Below are positions 18,339 through 28,479 of a stretch of 64,000 nucleotides of DNA, one piece after another. The stretch is from Clostridia bacterium (GTDB taxonomy: Bacteria > Bacillota > Clostridia > Christensenellales > CAAEEZ01): assembly GCA_900755035.1 (NCBI GenBank), contig CAAEEZ010000016.1, forward strand, positions 172,873-236,872, read 5' to 3'. Under the pieces are notes generated by a model, which saw only the letters and a program-made list of their open reading frames with translations, made no database searches and was not told the origin of the DNA. The stretch's first letter is position 1; every line of letters begins with the position of its first letter. The translations under genes and the position numbers were made by a program.

Positions 18339-19995
18339 CAAAATAATAACTGTAATATTAGTGGTTGCATTGTCTATAACGATGGTGTTTGGACTAACGG
18401 CTTGCGCAAACGATTCTACTAGTATTGTTACAAGACCTTCTGCAAATTTTAATTTTTTGGCGTGCAGTAGCGACAAAGTAGACAAAGTAACCATATATAC
18501 CGACGACTTTAATGACACGGCTAGCGTGTACGACGTGCTAAAAAAGGCTGAGTTGAAGTACGGGTTTGGCGCAGAGTTTGGCGAGTATGATATGCTAACT
18601 GCTGTAAAAAAGAGAGGTTTGATACCTAATACTTTGCAATACATTTGTATATATACCGACCAAAAGCCAAGCGATATGACATACGTAACTACTAGAAAGG
18701 TGGACGGCATTACCTATTATTCTGCTAGCGTTGGAATAAAAGACCTTAGATTAAAGCCTAGCGTAAACTATTTGTTTGCAATAGAGCAAAACGAATTTTT
18801 CGATAAGGGAATAGAAATAAGCCAAACGTTGCCTGGCATTGAAGAAGAAAAGTATTTAAGCGAGCCTGTTATAGACGGCGAATTCGTTTACGTAACGCTT
18901 GGCGATACGATTATGAAGTTAAGGGTAAACGGCGACAAGTTCGACGTAGTAAAAGAAGCGCAAATGAAAGGCTCTACCTACCACGGAATGAGTGCTCCTA
19001 TTATTGCTGGCGACAAAATAGTTACGGGCGTAAAAGGTGGTTTGCAAGCATTTGATAAGGACTTAAATTCGTTATGGTACTATAAAAACGAAAAGGGTGG
19101 CGACGTAACTTCTCCTATTACCTACGATATAGTAAACAAAGACGAATACGTTTACGTGGGGTTTGGAAACAACGAAGGTGCAAACGATTTTGTTTGTATT
19201 AACGTAAAAGATGAAAATCCGTCTTCTGTTGACGAATTAAAAAACGCCGAATGGAAATACGAAAAACAAGGTGGATATTATTATAACGGCGTAGTAATCG
19301 TAAAAGATTACGTTATTTTGCCGGGTACTCTTAACGGTGGAAACGCCATAGTATCGCTAAATAAAACTAGTGGCGAGTATATGGACGGAAAGGTAGTTGA
19401 CGGCGTAATAAAAAGTTCTATCGTTTATGAATACGAGCTTAACAGCGTTTTCTTTACTACCGAAAAAGGTACGTTGTATAGGATATATTTTAGCAAGGAA
19501 GAAGAAAGCGAAGGTAAATTTGGAGCAAACGTAAATTCCGTGCGCACGGCTAAGTTAAAGTACGAGTATACTACTTGTACGCCTGCTATTTACAAAAATA
19601 GATTGTACGTATCGTCAGGAAAACAATTTGACAACACTACGGGCGCAGCTATGCAAGTATTTAACGTGGATACTATGACGGAAATCTACGGCGTAGAAAC
19701 CGACGATCCAACTGTGTCTAAGCCGGTTGTAAGAATTACCGATAACGACGGCGTAGAAGAAATTTTTGTGTTCTTTACAAAAAATAGCGAACCGGGAGGA
19801 ATATATTATATCGTTGATACTTCGGTATCTAAGCAAGGGCATTATCACACCTTGTACGAGCCAGAGGGAAGTCAGCAAGACTATTGTATGAGTAATATTA
19901 TCTTTGATAAAAACGGAAAAATATATTACAAAAACGATAGCAATACGTTGTTCATGTATCATCTTGGAATAAATTGGATAGATAATAAATTCTAA
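18325..19995 (+). CDS. Surface lipoprotein: DUF4430-like N-domain plus PQQ-like beta-propeller
   Basis: Signal peptide with lipobox LTAC (Cys27); repeated …G-L-AFD…LW-Y… blade-like segments; first large gene of the B12-riboswitch operon. Confidence 0.6.
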   Translation: MKRTSKIITVILVVALSITMVFGLTACANDSTSIVTRPSANFNFLACSSDKVDKVTIYTDDFNDTASVYDVLKKAELKYGFGAEFGEYDMLTAVKKRGLIPNTLQYICIYTDQKPSDMTYVTTRKVDGITYYSASVGIKDLRLKPSVNYLFAIEQNEFFDKGIEISQTLPGIEEEKYLSEPVIDGEFVYVTLGDTIMKLRVNGDKFDVVKEAQMKGSTYHGMSAPIIAGDKIVTGVKGGLQAFDKDLNSLWYYKNEKGGDVTSPITYDIVNKDEYVYVGFGNNEGANDFVCINVKDENPSSVDELKNAEWKYEKQGGYYYNGVVIVKDYVILPGTLNGGNAIVSLNKTSGEYMDGKVVDGVIKSSIVYEYELNSVFFTTEKGTLYRIYFSKEEESEGKFGANVNSVRTAKLKYEYTTCTPAIYKNRLYVSSGKQFDNTTGAAMQVFNVDTMTEIYGVETDDPTVSKPVVRITDNDGVEEIFVFFTKNSEPGGIYYIVDTSVSKQGHYHTLYEPEGSQQDYCMSNIIFDKNGKIYYKNDSNTLFMYHLGINWIDNKF

Positions 19996-20525
19996 TGTTA
20001 AAAAAACGCGCAAAAGACTTAATAGTTATACTAATTATAGCAATCGTACTTACGGTTGCTATTCTTGCGTTAGACATTAAAAGCGTTGACGAATACTATA
20101 ACGAGCCGTTAGATAAAATTACCGATACGAGCAAAGTGGCGTATCTGTCTATCGATTGCAAGACGGTACTATCTAATATGGATAAACTAAAAGAGGAAGT
20201 AAAAGATTTTATCCCAAGTAACGGAGTGATTTTAGAAAAAAAGCCTTATGCCATAAAAAGTGGCGATACGGCGTTTACAATTTTGCAAAGGATAGCAAAG
20301 CATAATAAAATATCGCTATCGTATAGTGGAAATAATCAATTTAATTCTATTTACGTTGAAGGCATAAATCACTTGTTTGAAAAAGATTGTGGCGGAGAGT
20401 CCGGTTGGATAGTTCTAGTAAACGGAAAAATGCTGAAAATGGCAAGCGACAAGTACGTGCTTAAAGAGGGCGACTACGTAGAGTGGCGCTATTCGTGTGT
20501 GCTTGGCGACGTGGGGGTAGTATGA
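19995..20525 (+). CDS. DUF4430-domain protein (transcobalamin-like fold family), membrane anchored
   Basis: N-terminal TM; …GDTAFTILQRI…SGWIVLVNGKM…LKEGDYVEWRY matches the DUF4430 pattern. Confidence 0.7.
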   Translation: MLKKRAKDLIVILIIAIVLTVAILALDIKSVDEYYNEPLDKITDTSKVAYLSIDCKTVLSNMDKLKEEVKDFIPSNGVILEKKPYAIKSGDTAFTILQRIAKHNKISLSYSGNNQFNSIYVEGINHLFEKDCGGESGWIVLVNGKMLKMASDKYVLKEGDYVEWRYSCVLGDVGVV

Positions 20526-21403
20526 GAAAATTATATAATTATCATCCACTTTCAACGTTCGTGTATTTTTTCTGTACGATATGCTTAACTATGTTCACGT
20601 TTAATCCTATCATAATAGGAATATCATTGCTAGGTGCAATTTGCCTGAGTTTTGCATATTTCCCTGCAAAAACCGTATTAAAACGGTTGGTAACGGGGCT
20701 TTTAATTATCGCTATCCTAACGCTTATAAATCCGCTTATCGTACATAGGGGCGTAACGGAATTGTTATTTATCAACGGAAAACCTATCACATTAGAAGCG
20801 TTGTTATACGGGTTAAATGCGTCCGTAATGCTAGTAAGTATAGTTTGTTGGTTTGCCGTGTATAACGAAGCAATGAGTAGCGATAAATTTATATACTTGT
20901 TCAAAAAAACGATGCCGAAAATAGCGCTTATGATATCCTCTATTTTGGCTTTTATTCCAAAACTGAAAAGGCAATATCAAGATATCGAGGCAGGTCAAAT
21001 TGCGCTTGGCTACGAAAATGGCAACGGGTTTGTAGATAAAATAAAGAGCGGAATAAGAAGAACGCAAATTTTATTTACGTCAGCTATTGAAAACAGCGTG
21101 GAAACGGGGCAATCTATGGAGGCAAGGGGATACGGACAAAAAGGGAAAAGTGGCTTTGGCTTTTTTAGGTTTAAGCTGGGCGACGGAACGTTTTTAGCGT
21201 GGACGATAATAGTATTTACGGCAATAATCACTTTGCTCGGTTTAGGTATAGGGCGGTTTAGTTTTTACCCTACGCTTACGACTTTAACGGCAAGCGCAAA
21301 GGATATTGCGTTATACGTACTTTGCTTTTTAGGGCTATTTACGGGCATAACTATGGAAATTAAGGAGGAAATATTATGGCAGACGTACTTATCAAAAATT
21401 TAA
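20522..21403 (+). CDS. ecfT: ECF transporter T component (CbiQ/EcfT family)
   Basis: Polytopic protein with …EAMSSDKF… and …SAIENSVETGQSMEARGY (the conserved ARG-type coupling helix region); start at the ATG at 20522 overlaps the upstream stop. Confidence 0.75.
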   Translation: MRKLYNYHPLSTFVYFFCTICLTMFTFNPIIIGISLLGAICLSFAYFPAKTVLKRLVTGLLIIAILTLINPLIVHRGVTELLFINGKPITLEALLYGLNASVMLVSIVCWFAVYNEAMSSDKFIYLFKKTMPKIALMISSILAFIPKLKRQYQDIEAGQIALGYENGNGFVDKIKSGIRRTQILFTSAIENSVETGQSMEARGYGQKGKSGFGFFRFKLGDGTFLAWTIIVFTAIITLLGLGIGRFSFYPTLTTLTASAKDIALYVLCFLGLFTGITMEIKEEILWQTYLSKI

Positions 21404-23007
21404 GTTTTACCTATGCAGGCGAAGATAAGCACGCCTTAAAAAATATTGATATTGCCATTAAATCGGGCGAATTTATAGCCTTGGCAGGTATTAGTGGTTC
21501 GGGCAAAACTACGCTACTAAAACTACTAAAACCACAAATTGCCCCAAACGGAACGATAAACGGCGAAATACTGATAGGTGGCGTGCCTATTGAAAAAGTG
21601 AACACGGCTGTGGACGTAGGTTTCGTTATGCAAAATCCTGAAAATCAAATAGTTACGGATAAGGTATATAGAGAACTTGCGTTCGGGCTAGAAAATATTG
21701 GCGAAAAAACCGAAAAAATAAAAGTAAAGATTGCCGAAATTGCCGAATATTTTGGTATCAGCAGTTGGATAGAGGAAAAAACGTCGAATCTTAGTGGAGG
21801 ACAAAGACAACTGTTGAATTTGTCCGCCGTTATGGTAACCGACCCTAAAATACTTATTTTTGACGAAGCAACTAGCCAACTAGATCCCATCGTTGCTAGC
21901 GAGTTTTTGCGTGTGGTAAAAAGAATTAACGAAGAGTTTGGCGTAACGGTAATTATGGCGGAGCATAGGCTAAACGAACTTATCGGAATTGCCGATAGGC
22001 TAATCGTATTAGACGACGGAAAGAAGATAATAGACGCCGTGCCAAAAACTCTAAGCCCTAGCGAAATGAGTGGCGAATTTGTACAATCTATGCCGTTTAC
22101 GTTTAGGCTAGCCAAAAAACTAAATCTTGAAAAATGCCCGCTTACAGAGAAAGAAGCAAGAGAGTGCTTAAAAGAGATAGTAACTATGCCCGTAACCTAC
22201 CTGCCAAACAAGAAAGAGGAACGGGAAAAAGAGATTGCGCTAAGCGTGAAGAGTGCGTATTTTAGATACGACAAAAAGGGTAGCGACGTAATTAAGGATT
22301 TAAGGTTAGAGGTTAAAAAAGGGGAAGTTTACGCTTTGGTAGGTGGTAACGGCTCGGGCAAAACCACCTTGTTAAATTGTATCGTAGGTATTAAAGATTT
22401 TTATCACGGTAAAATAAAATACTTTGGTAGTAGTAAAAAGGAGTTTTTGTCAAAAAGGGCAGGCAATATCGCTATGCTTACCCAAAACCCCAAAACGCTG
22501 TTTATAAAAGATACCGTTAAAAAAGACCTAGAAGAGGTTGCAAAAATAGTAGGGAAAAGCAAAGACGAATTTGCGAATTTACTAGAAAAAACGATAGAAA
22601 CACTAGGTATTAAGCCACTTTTAGAAAAGCACCCTTACGATTTGTCGGGTGGCGAAACCGAAAAGGTTGCGCTAGCGAAAGTGCTACTAACTAGCCCGAA
22701 AATATTGCTGTTAGACGAGCCTACCAAGGGGCTTGACGGCTACTACAAATCTAAAATCGCTAGCATTATCAACGATTTGAAAGACGAAGACGTTACCGTT
22801 ATATTAGTAACTCACGACCAAGAGTTTGCCGCAATGGTGGCTGATAGAATAGGTATGCTGTTTAACGGCGAGATAGTAGGGGAAGATACGCCTAGAAACT
22901 TTTTTATAAATAGCAAATATTACACTACGTCTGCCGTAAAGGTGGCTAGGGGAATAGTGAATAACGCAGTTAGCGAAAATGAAATAGCAGAGGCAATAAA
23001 TGGATAA
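21376..23007 (+). CDS. ECF transporter fused tandem ATPase (EcfA-EcfA')
   Basis: 543 aa with two ABC cassettes: GISGSGKTT…LSGGQRQ…IFDEATS and GGNGSGKTT…LSGGETE…LLDEPT. Confidence 0.9.
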   Translation: MADVLIKNLSFTYAGEDKHALKNIDIAIKSGEFIALAGISGSGKTTLLKLLKPQIAPNGTINGEILIGGVPIEKVNTAVDVGFVMQNPENQIVTDKVYRELAFGLENIGEKTEKIKVKIAEIAEYFGISSWIEEKTSNLSGGQRQLLNLSAVMVTDPKILIFDEATSQLDPIVASEFLRVVKRINEEFGVTVIMAEHRLNELIGIADRLIVLDDGKKIIDAVPKTLSPSEMSGEFVQSMPFTFRLAKKLNLEKCPLTEKEARECLKEIVTMPVTYLPNKKEEREKEIALSVKSAYFRYDKKGSDVIKDLRLEVKKGEVYALVGGNGSGKTTLLNCIVGIKDFYHGKIKYFGSSKKEFLSKRAGNIAMLTQNPKTLFIKDTVKKDLEEVAKIVGKSKDEFANLLEKTIETLGIKPLLEKHPYDLSGGETEKVALAKVLLTSPKILLLDEPTKGLDGYYKSKIASIINDLKDEDVTVILVTHDQEFAAMVADRIGMLFNGEIVGEDTPRNFFINSKYYTTSAVKVARGIVNNAVSENEIAEAING

Positions 23008-23770
23008 AAAATTGCTAATAAGACGAATAATAAACGTTTTGGTGTACCTATTACTTATACCACTTACGCTTGTTCTTGGCGTAACGGTATTTAAGGATAG
23101 ACAGTACGTCGTAGTGTCGGTGGTGATTGCGTTTTTAGTTTTATTAGGTTTCTTTTTTAGTTACGACAGGAAAAAAACAACTTCAAAAGAGATAGCAATC
23201 GTAACCGTCATGGTGGCGTTCTCCGTTGTAGGCAGGCTTATTTTTGCCGCAGTGCCGTCCTTTAAGCCAATCAGCGCAATAGTGATTATTAGCGGTATAG
23301 CGCTTGGCTACGAAGCGGGCTTTATGGTGGGGGCGTTGTCGGCTTTTATCAGTAATTTTTATTTTGGGCAAGGTGCTTGGACTCCCTTTCAAATGGTCAG
23401 TTTTGGGCTAATTGGTTTGCTTTCTGGGTTATTATTTAGAAAAAACCGCAATATATGGCTTATTCTAATATACGGGGCGATAAGTGGCGTATTGTTTAGT
23501 TTAATTATGGACGTATGGACTGTAATTTCGGTTGATAACGCCTTTGTGCTCGAAAGATATTTTTCGGCGCTTACGGTGGGTTTACCGTATATGGCAATAT
23601 ATATAGTAAGCAACGTAGCTTTTTTGTCGTTACTTGCAAAACCTATGCTAAAACAACTCGACAGAATAAAAAAGAAGTACGGTATATTTGACGGTAGTAA
23701 GAATTATATAACCACAAATAACGCCACGAATAAAGACGTTAAATTAGAAGATAATAACGCAGAAAATTAG
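23000..23770 (+). CDS. ECF transporter S (substrate-capture) component, predicted cobalamin-specific by context
   Basis: 256 aa, about six TM segments, last gene of the riboswitch-controlled ECF cluster. Confidence 0.6.
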   Translation: MDKKLLIRRIINVLVYLLLIPLTLVLGVTVFKDRQYVVVSVVIAFLVLLGFFFSYDRKKTTSKEIAIVTVMVAFSVVGRLIFAAVPSFKPISAIVIISGIALGYEAGFMVGALSAFISNFYFGQGAWTPFQMVSFGLIGLLSGLLFRKNRNIWLILIYGAISGVLFSLIMDVWTVISVDNAFVLERYFSALTVGLPYMAIYIVSNVAFLSLLAKPMLKQLDRIKKKYGIFDGSKNYITTNNATNKDVKLEDNNAEN

Positions 23771-24002
23771 CAAAATGCGTTGTTTATATGCATATTTTGT
23801 TCGTTAAAACTCATATTTTGTTAAAATAATAAAAATAATGCATATTCTAAAAGCGAGCGAAAACACGTGTAAGCGAAAGCAATAATATTAAAATAAAATT
23901 AAATTATTTTTATTTTTTTTAGAAATTTTAAGCAAGGTATTGAAAAGTATTTTTTGTGTGTTACAATAGATTATGTTAAAAAATTAATTAGTTGAGGTAA
24001 TT

Positions 24003-25058
24003 ATGAGTTATCCTGATTATATTTCAAAAAAACGTATTCCCGTAGAAACGCCAAACGATTTGGTGGAAAACGGCGAAGCGCATTTTGGCACTTTTAAGGA
24101 TCCGTTCCCAAATATGAGTATGCTTGATATAAAAAAGCCTTGCGGTAAAATGCCAGGGTTTTTGAAAAAGTCAAGACTTACCGTATGGGAAGCTTTCGAA
24201 ATCAATATGGACGAAGGTACGTTAGTCAGCGCCGTATACAATATGAACGCACTTGGCTTTAACATTATGGTGTTTTACGACAAAGCCGAGGACAAGGTGT
24301 ACAGTTGGCAAAATTTTGCGCCTGGATTTAAGTGCAAGGTTGCTCCTACTTTAATAGATTCGGTAACCAGTCTTAAAACAAAAAGGGCAAATTTGGTTAT
24401 CGAGAACGATTTTGCAAACGGCAAATGCAAGGCGACGGGTAAGGCAGTAAATAGGAAGAGTGGCGAATTTGAGTTTTGTATGGAGGCAGAAAGGGTAAGC
24501 GATCCGTCGGTTGTGTCTATTCCGCTAGGTAAACCTAATCCACTATACTCCGAAAAGGATTTCTTTAAGGGTAAAGGTTATATTAAAATCAACGGTAAAA
24601 CCTACAAAAGTAACGAAAATACTACTTGTATCGTAGATGACCACAAAGGTTACTATCCGTTCCACGCGCACTACGATTGGCTTACTATGATGGGAAAAGT
24701 ACAAATTGACGGTGATTACAAGTATTTAGCAATTAACTTTACGCACAATCAATCAACAAGCGAGGACGACTACAACGAGAATTTGTTGTGGCTTGAAGGG
24801 GAAACGCATCCAATTCCGCCCGTTAAGTTTGAAAAAATAACGAAGAACAAGTGGAGAATTTACGACGAGCACAAGACGGTAGAAGTAATTTTTGATATGC
24901 GCCAAGACTTTAAGATGATGGTACATTTACTAGTAGTCGATATAAGTTATAGATTGCCGTTTGGTTACGTAAAAGGTTACGTAACGGATACTAACGGAAA
25001 GCGTTATTCAGTAAATGGAATGACGGGAATAGGTGAAGACAAGACTACAAGGATATAA
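24003..25058 (+). CDS. Conserved hypothetical protein (beta-rich; possibly DUF2804-like, not confidently recognised)
   Basis: 351-aa ORF with its own promoter-like TTGAAA…TGtTACAAT and SD; family assignment is a weak recollection. Confidence 0.45.
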   Translation: MSYPDYISKKRIPVETPNDLVENGEAHFGTFKDPFPNMSMLDIKKPCGKMPGFLKKSRLTVWEAFEINMDEGTLVSAVYNMNALGFNIMVFYDKAEDKVYSWQNFAPGFKCKVAPTLIDSVTSLKTKRANLVIENDFANGKCKATGKAVNRKSGEFEFCMEAERVSDPSVVSIPLGKPNPLYSEKDFFKGKGYIKINGKTYKSNENTTCIVDDHKGYYPFHAHYDWLTMMGKVQIDGDYKYLAINFTHNQSTSEDDYNENLLWLEGETHPIPPVKFEKITKNKWRIYDEHKTVEVIFDMRQDFKMMVHLLVVDISYRLPFGYVKGYVTDTNGKRYSVNGMTGIGEDKTTRI

Positions 25059-25268
25059 TATCGTTTGTAAAAAAGAGAAAAAATTGTAGAATTTTAACGA
25101 AAAAAAGGAAAAATAAGGGAAAATGGGATAAAAATAGCCGTTTTCTCTTTTTTTACCGAAATATTAGACAAAAAACAAAAAGTGTGTACAAATAAATATG
25201 GACTAGAAAAAAATTAAATGTTATAATTAATTAACGACATTAATTAATGCGACCAAGGAGGACTTAAA

Positions 25269-26378
25269 ATGGTAAAGAAAAAGAAAGATATTAGGGAGGT
25301 AAGACGAAGCAATAAATCGCAAATTTTGTGGCATTTATATAATTACGGCCCACTGTCTAGGTTAGAGCTTGCAAAATTGTGTCATCTTACCACGCCGTCT
25401 ATAACTCAACTTATGCATGACTTACTTTTGCAAGACGAAGTTGTCGAAATAGGCTCTATACAAAGGAATGCAACGGGAAGAAAAGAAATACTCGTAGACT
25501 TAAATCCAAACAAGAATATAGCGCTTGGCGTAAATATCGAAACGGACTATACTTATTTTAGCGTAGCAAACGTGAAGGAAGTGTTCAAAATAGAAAAATT
25601 CGTTACAGCCGACTTAAAACTTAACGAAAATCTGGACGCGCTAGACGAAAAAATTGCGGAACTTATTAGCGAGTTCCCTAGCATAAATCAAATATGCGTT
25701 GCGTCGGTTGGAAAGGTTGAGGACGGCGTAATAGTTATTAGTTACGGCGAAATGCCCGTAAATTTGGATATGCAAGCGCATCTTACCGAAAAGTTTGGCT
25801 TGAAAATTTTGGTAATGAGTAGCGTAAAGGCGCAAGCGTTATCTTTATACAGAGCAGGCAACGAAAACTACTTGTACGTAAGCCACTCGCCTGAACTAAG
25901 CTCGGCAATGATTATAAAGGGTGAAGTAATAAGGGGCAACGACAAGGTAACCGGCGACCTAGGACACATTATCATAAATATGAACGGCAGACAATGTAAA
26001 TGTGGCAAACCGGGTTGTCTAAACACCTACGTAAGCGACGAGGCAATCGAGGAAAGATATTTTGAAAAAACGGGTAACAAACTAACCGTAAACGAAATAT
26101 ACGCACTATACAAAAAAGACGAGGCTGCAACCGAACTACTAAATACGGTAATAAAATATTTGGCAGTAATTATTGCCGACGTAAACGAACTATTAAATCC
26201 TGAAAAGGTGTACGTGGCAGGTGGAATATTCTCGTGCGACGATGTATACGAACACGGTTGGGAAGTTTTAAGAGAGTGTAATTTTGGTATTACGGCTGAA
26301 AGAATTACCGATACCGAAAACCTAAAAGCAACTGCGCCTGCTAAGTATATGATTTGTAAATCGATACTAGAAGTATAA
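25269..26378 (+). CDS. ROK-family transcriptional regulator
   Basis: N-terminal wHTH (…LSRLELAKLCHLTTPSITQLM…) and ROK zinc motif GHI…CKCGKPGCLNTY. Confidence 0.85.
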   Translation: MVKKKKDIREVRRSNKSQILWHLYNYGPLSRLELAKLCHLTTPSITQLMHDLLLQDEVVEIGSIQRNATGRKEILVDLNPNKNIALGVNIETDYTYFSVANVKEVFKIEKFVTADLKLNENLDALDEKIAELISEFPSINQICVASVGKVEDGVIVISYGEMPVNLDMQAHLTEKFGLKILVMSSVKAQALSLYRAGNENYLYVSHSPELSSAMIIKGEVIRGNDKVTGDLGHIIINMNGRQCKCGKPGCLNTYVSDEAIEERYFEKTGNKLTVNEIYALYKKDEAATELLNTVIKYLAVIIADVNELLNPEKVYVAGGIFSCDDVYEHGWEVLRECNFGITAERITDTENLKATAPAKYMICKSILEV

Positions 26379-26527
26379 TAAAAGTCATAAATAAATATTG
26401 TAAAAAGCGAATTTGTTAAAAATAGATAAAATATGAGTTATTCTATTTTAACAATCGCTTTTTATATGTTATTATATTATATGTAATAGTTCGTATTACA
26501 AAAGTTCGTTGAAAGAGAGAGGAGATT

Positions 26528-28303
26528 ATGGGAGAGCAAAATCAAAAAGAAAAAGTGCCTTTCAAAGTTAAGGTAAAAAATGGTGCGCTTGCCGTAAAAG
26601 GTATGTGGAAAACTCCGCCAAAGGGAAGATTTCTAAACCTAAAAGAGATGTTATCGTTTGGTGGTTTTGCGCTTGGTAATAGTATGATGCTTAGCGCAAT
26701 CAACTACGTAGCAACTGCATCGTACTTACCTATGTTTTACGAGATTGACGCAATACACGCTTACATTATTATTGCGCTTGCAACGTTTATCAATATGATA
26801 ATATTGCCGTTTATAGGTAACTTAATCGAGAGATTAAATACCAAAATCGGTAGATACAAGCCTGTTATTTTGGGTGCGTTGCCTATCTACGTAATATTTA
26901 TGATGCTAACTATGTGGATTCCGCAGTTAGAAAAAGAGGCAGACCGTATTATTTACGCTTACTTAACTTGTACGCCTGGACTAGTGCTTGCAAACTTTGT
27001 AAACAATATGTACCAAAATATGCCTACCGTTATCACGCCAAACAACCAAGAAAGAGCGGATATCATGACGCCTATCGGTCTTATCGTAGGTTTTGCACCT
27101 ACCGTGCTTAATATCGTTGCAGGCCCTGTAAGAGCGGCATTCCCTAAGGGACAACAATATATGGCAATGCGTATAATCGGTGCAGTTAGTGCAGTACTTG
27201 GCGTAATTTGCATTTTGTTTATCCTAAAAGTAAAAGAAAGAATATACGAAATAGATAAGACTAATAATAGTAATGAAAAAGAAGAAAAAGTTACTATGAT
27301 AGAGGCTCTTAAAATGCTGAGCAAAAACAAACCTGCAATTATTTTCTGTATTGCGCTTGTGCTTGGTTCGCTTAGGGGCTTTACCGATCAATTCAGGTGG
27401 CTAATTATTCAATTTAGATTTGACGAGCACGTACAAACGGCAGTGCAAATTTCGGGCTTGCCACAAACGATTATCGGTTTTGCGTCTACGGTAGCAATGT
27501 TGTTATTGCCTATTATTACTAGAAAGATGAACAAGCGAACGGCAATTATATTGTTTACTTTTACAAGCGTGTTACCATACGTAATACTAGGAAGTATAGG
27601 TTACCAAAATATTCCGGTTGGAACGCCATCGTTAATAGTTTTAACTATATTGTTCTTTATCGCTTGCTTGAACCCTATTTATCTGCTAATTCCTATTATG
27701 CTAGGCGAACTTGCAGATTATCAGCAATGGAAGACGGGAAAGAGATTAGACGGACACTTGCAAAACCTACTATTTATCGTACCGGGACTTAGCATGAACC
27801 TACTAATGATTGCATCGTACTATTTGCAAAAACAAGTTGGTTTCGAGCAAAAAGATTACATAGAGATTATGCAGGACTATACGGCTGTACAACAAGCAAC
27901 GGCATGCGAGTGGTTTAACATAGTTACTATAATATCGGCAGTTAGCGGTGCTTTGATGATAATAGTTATGTTGTTCTATCCACTTTCAAGAAAGAAACAT
28001 CAACAAATCGTAGAGGAGTTGAAGGCAAGGTCGGTAATAACTAACGATGGAGCAGTTGCTGCTAGCGTAGAAGTTAGCCAAGAATTGACGGGCGAGCCAA
28101 GCGAAATAGACGAGGTTGTTTTTGAAGAGGCTGAAAAAGAAATGGAGAAAGCCGAAAGCGAAAACGAAACGGTTGACGAAACTGCGGTAGATGAAAGCGA
28201 AAACGTTAAGGAAAGCGAAGAAGCCGACGAAACTAGCGAAGTTTTAGAAGAAGAAAAGTCTAGCGAAGAAGTAGACGAGGCTAGTAACGAAACGAAAGAA
28301 TAA
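26528..28303 (+). CDS. GPH-family glycoside/cation symporter (MFS) with long acidic tail
   Basis: 591 aa, 12 TM-like segments, GPH-like N-terminal loop (…RLNTKIGRYKP…); last about 90 aa are an E/S/D-rich tail. Confidence 0.75.
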   Translation: MGEQNQKEKVPFKVKVKNGALAVKGMWKTPPKGRFLNLKEMLSFGGFALGNSMMLSAINYVATASYLPMFYEIDAIHAYIIIALATFINMIILPFIGNLIERLNTKIGRYKPVILGALPIYVIFMMLTMWIPQLEKEADRIIYAYLTCTPGLVLANFVNNMYQNMPTVITPNNQERADIMTPIGLIVGFAPTVLNIVAGPVRAAFPKGQQYMAMRIIGAVSAVLGVICILFILKVKERIYEIDKTNNSNEKEEKVTMIEALKMLSKNKPAIIFCIALVLGSLRGFTDQFRWLIIQFRFDEHVQTAVQISGLPQTIIGFASTVAMLLLPIITRKMNKRTAIILFTFTSVLPYVILGSIGYQNIPVGTPSLIVLTILFFIACLNPIYLLIPIMLGELADYQQWKTGKRLDGHLQNLLFIVPGLSMNLLMIASYYLQKQVGFEQKDYIEIMQDYTAVQQATACEWFNIVTIISAVSGALMIIVMLFYPLSRKKHQQIVEELKARSVITNDGAVAASVEVSQELTGEPSEIDEVVFEEAEKEMEKAESENETVDETAVDESENVKESEEADETSEVLEEEKSSEEVDEASNETKE

Positions 28304-28328
28304 CGTTTGAAACTATAACGATAAGCAT

Positions 28329-28359
28329 AAAGGAGCAATTATAAGTTGCTCCTTTTTTG
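28329..28359 (+). terminator. Rho-independent terminator
   Basis: aggagcaa/ttgctcct stem plus T6. Confidence 0.7.
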
Positions 28360-28479
28360 TTTTGAAATTTTCATAAAATTATTAAAAAAATACAAAAATA
28401 TATTCGAAGTACGGGCGTTATTTGGGCGTTATTATTGAAATCTATATAAATATAGTATATTATTTGAAAAGAGGGTATT

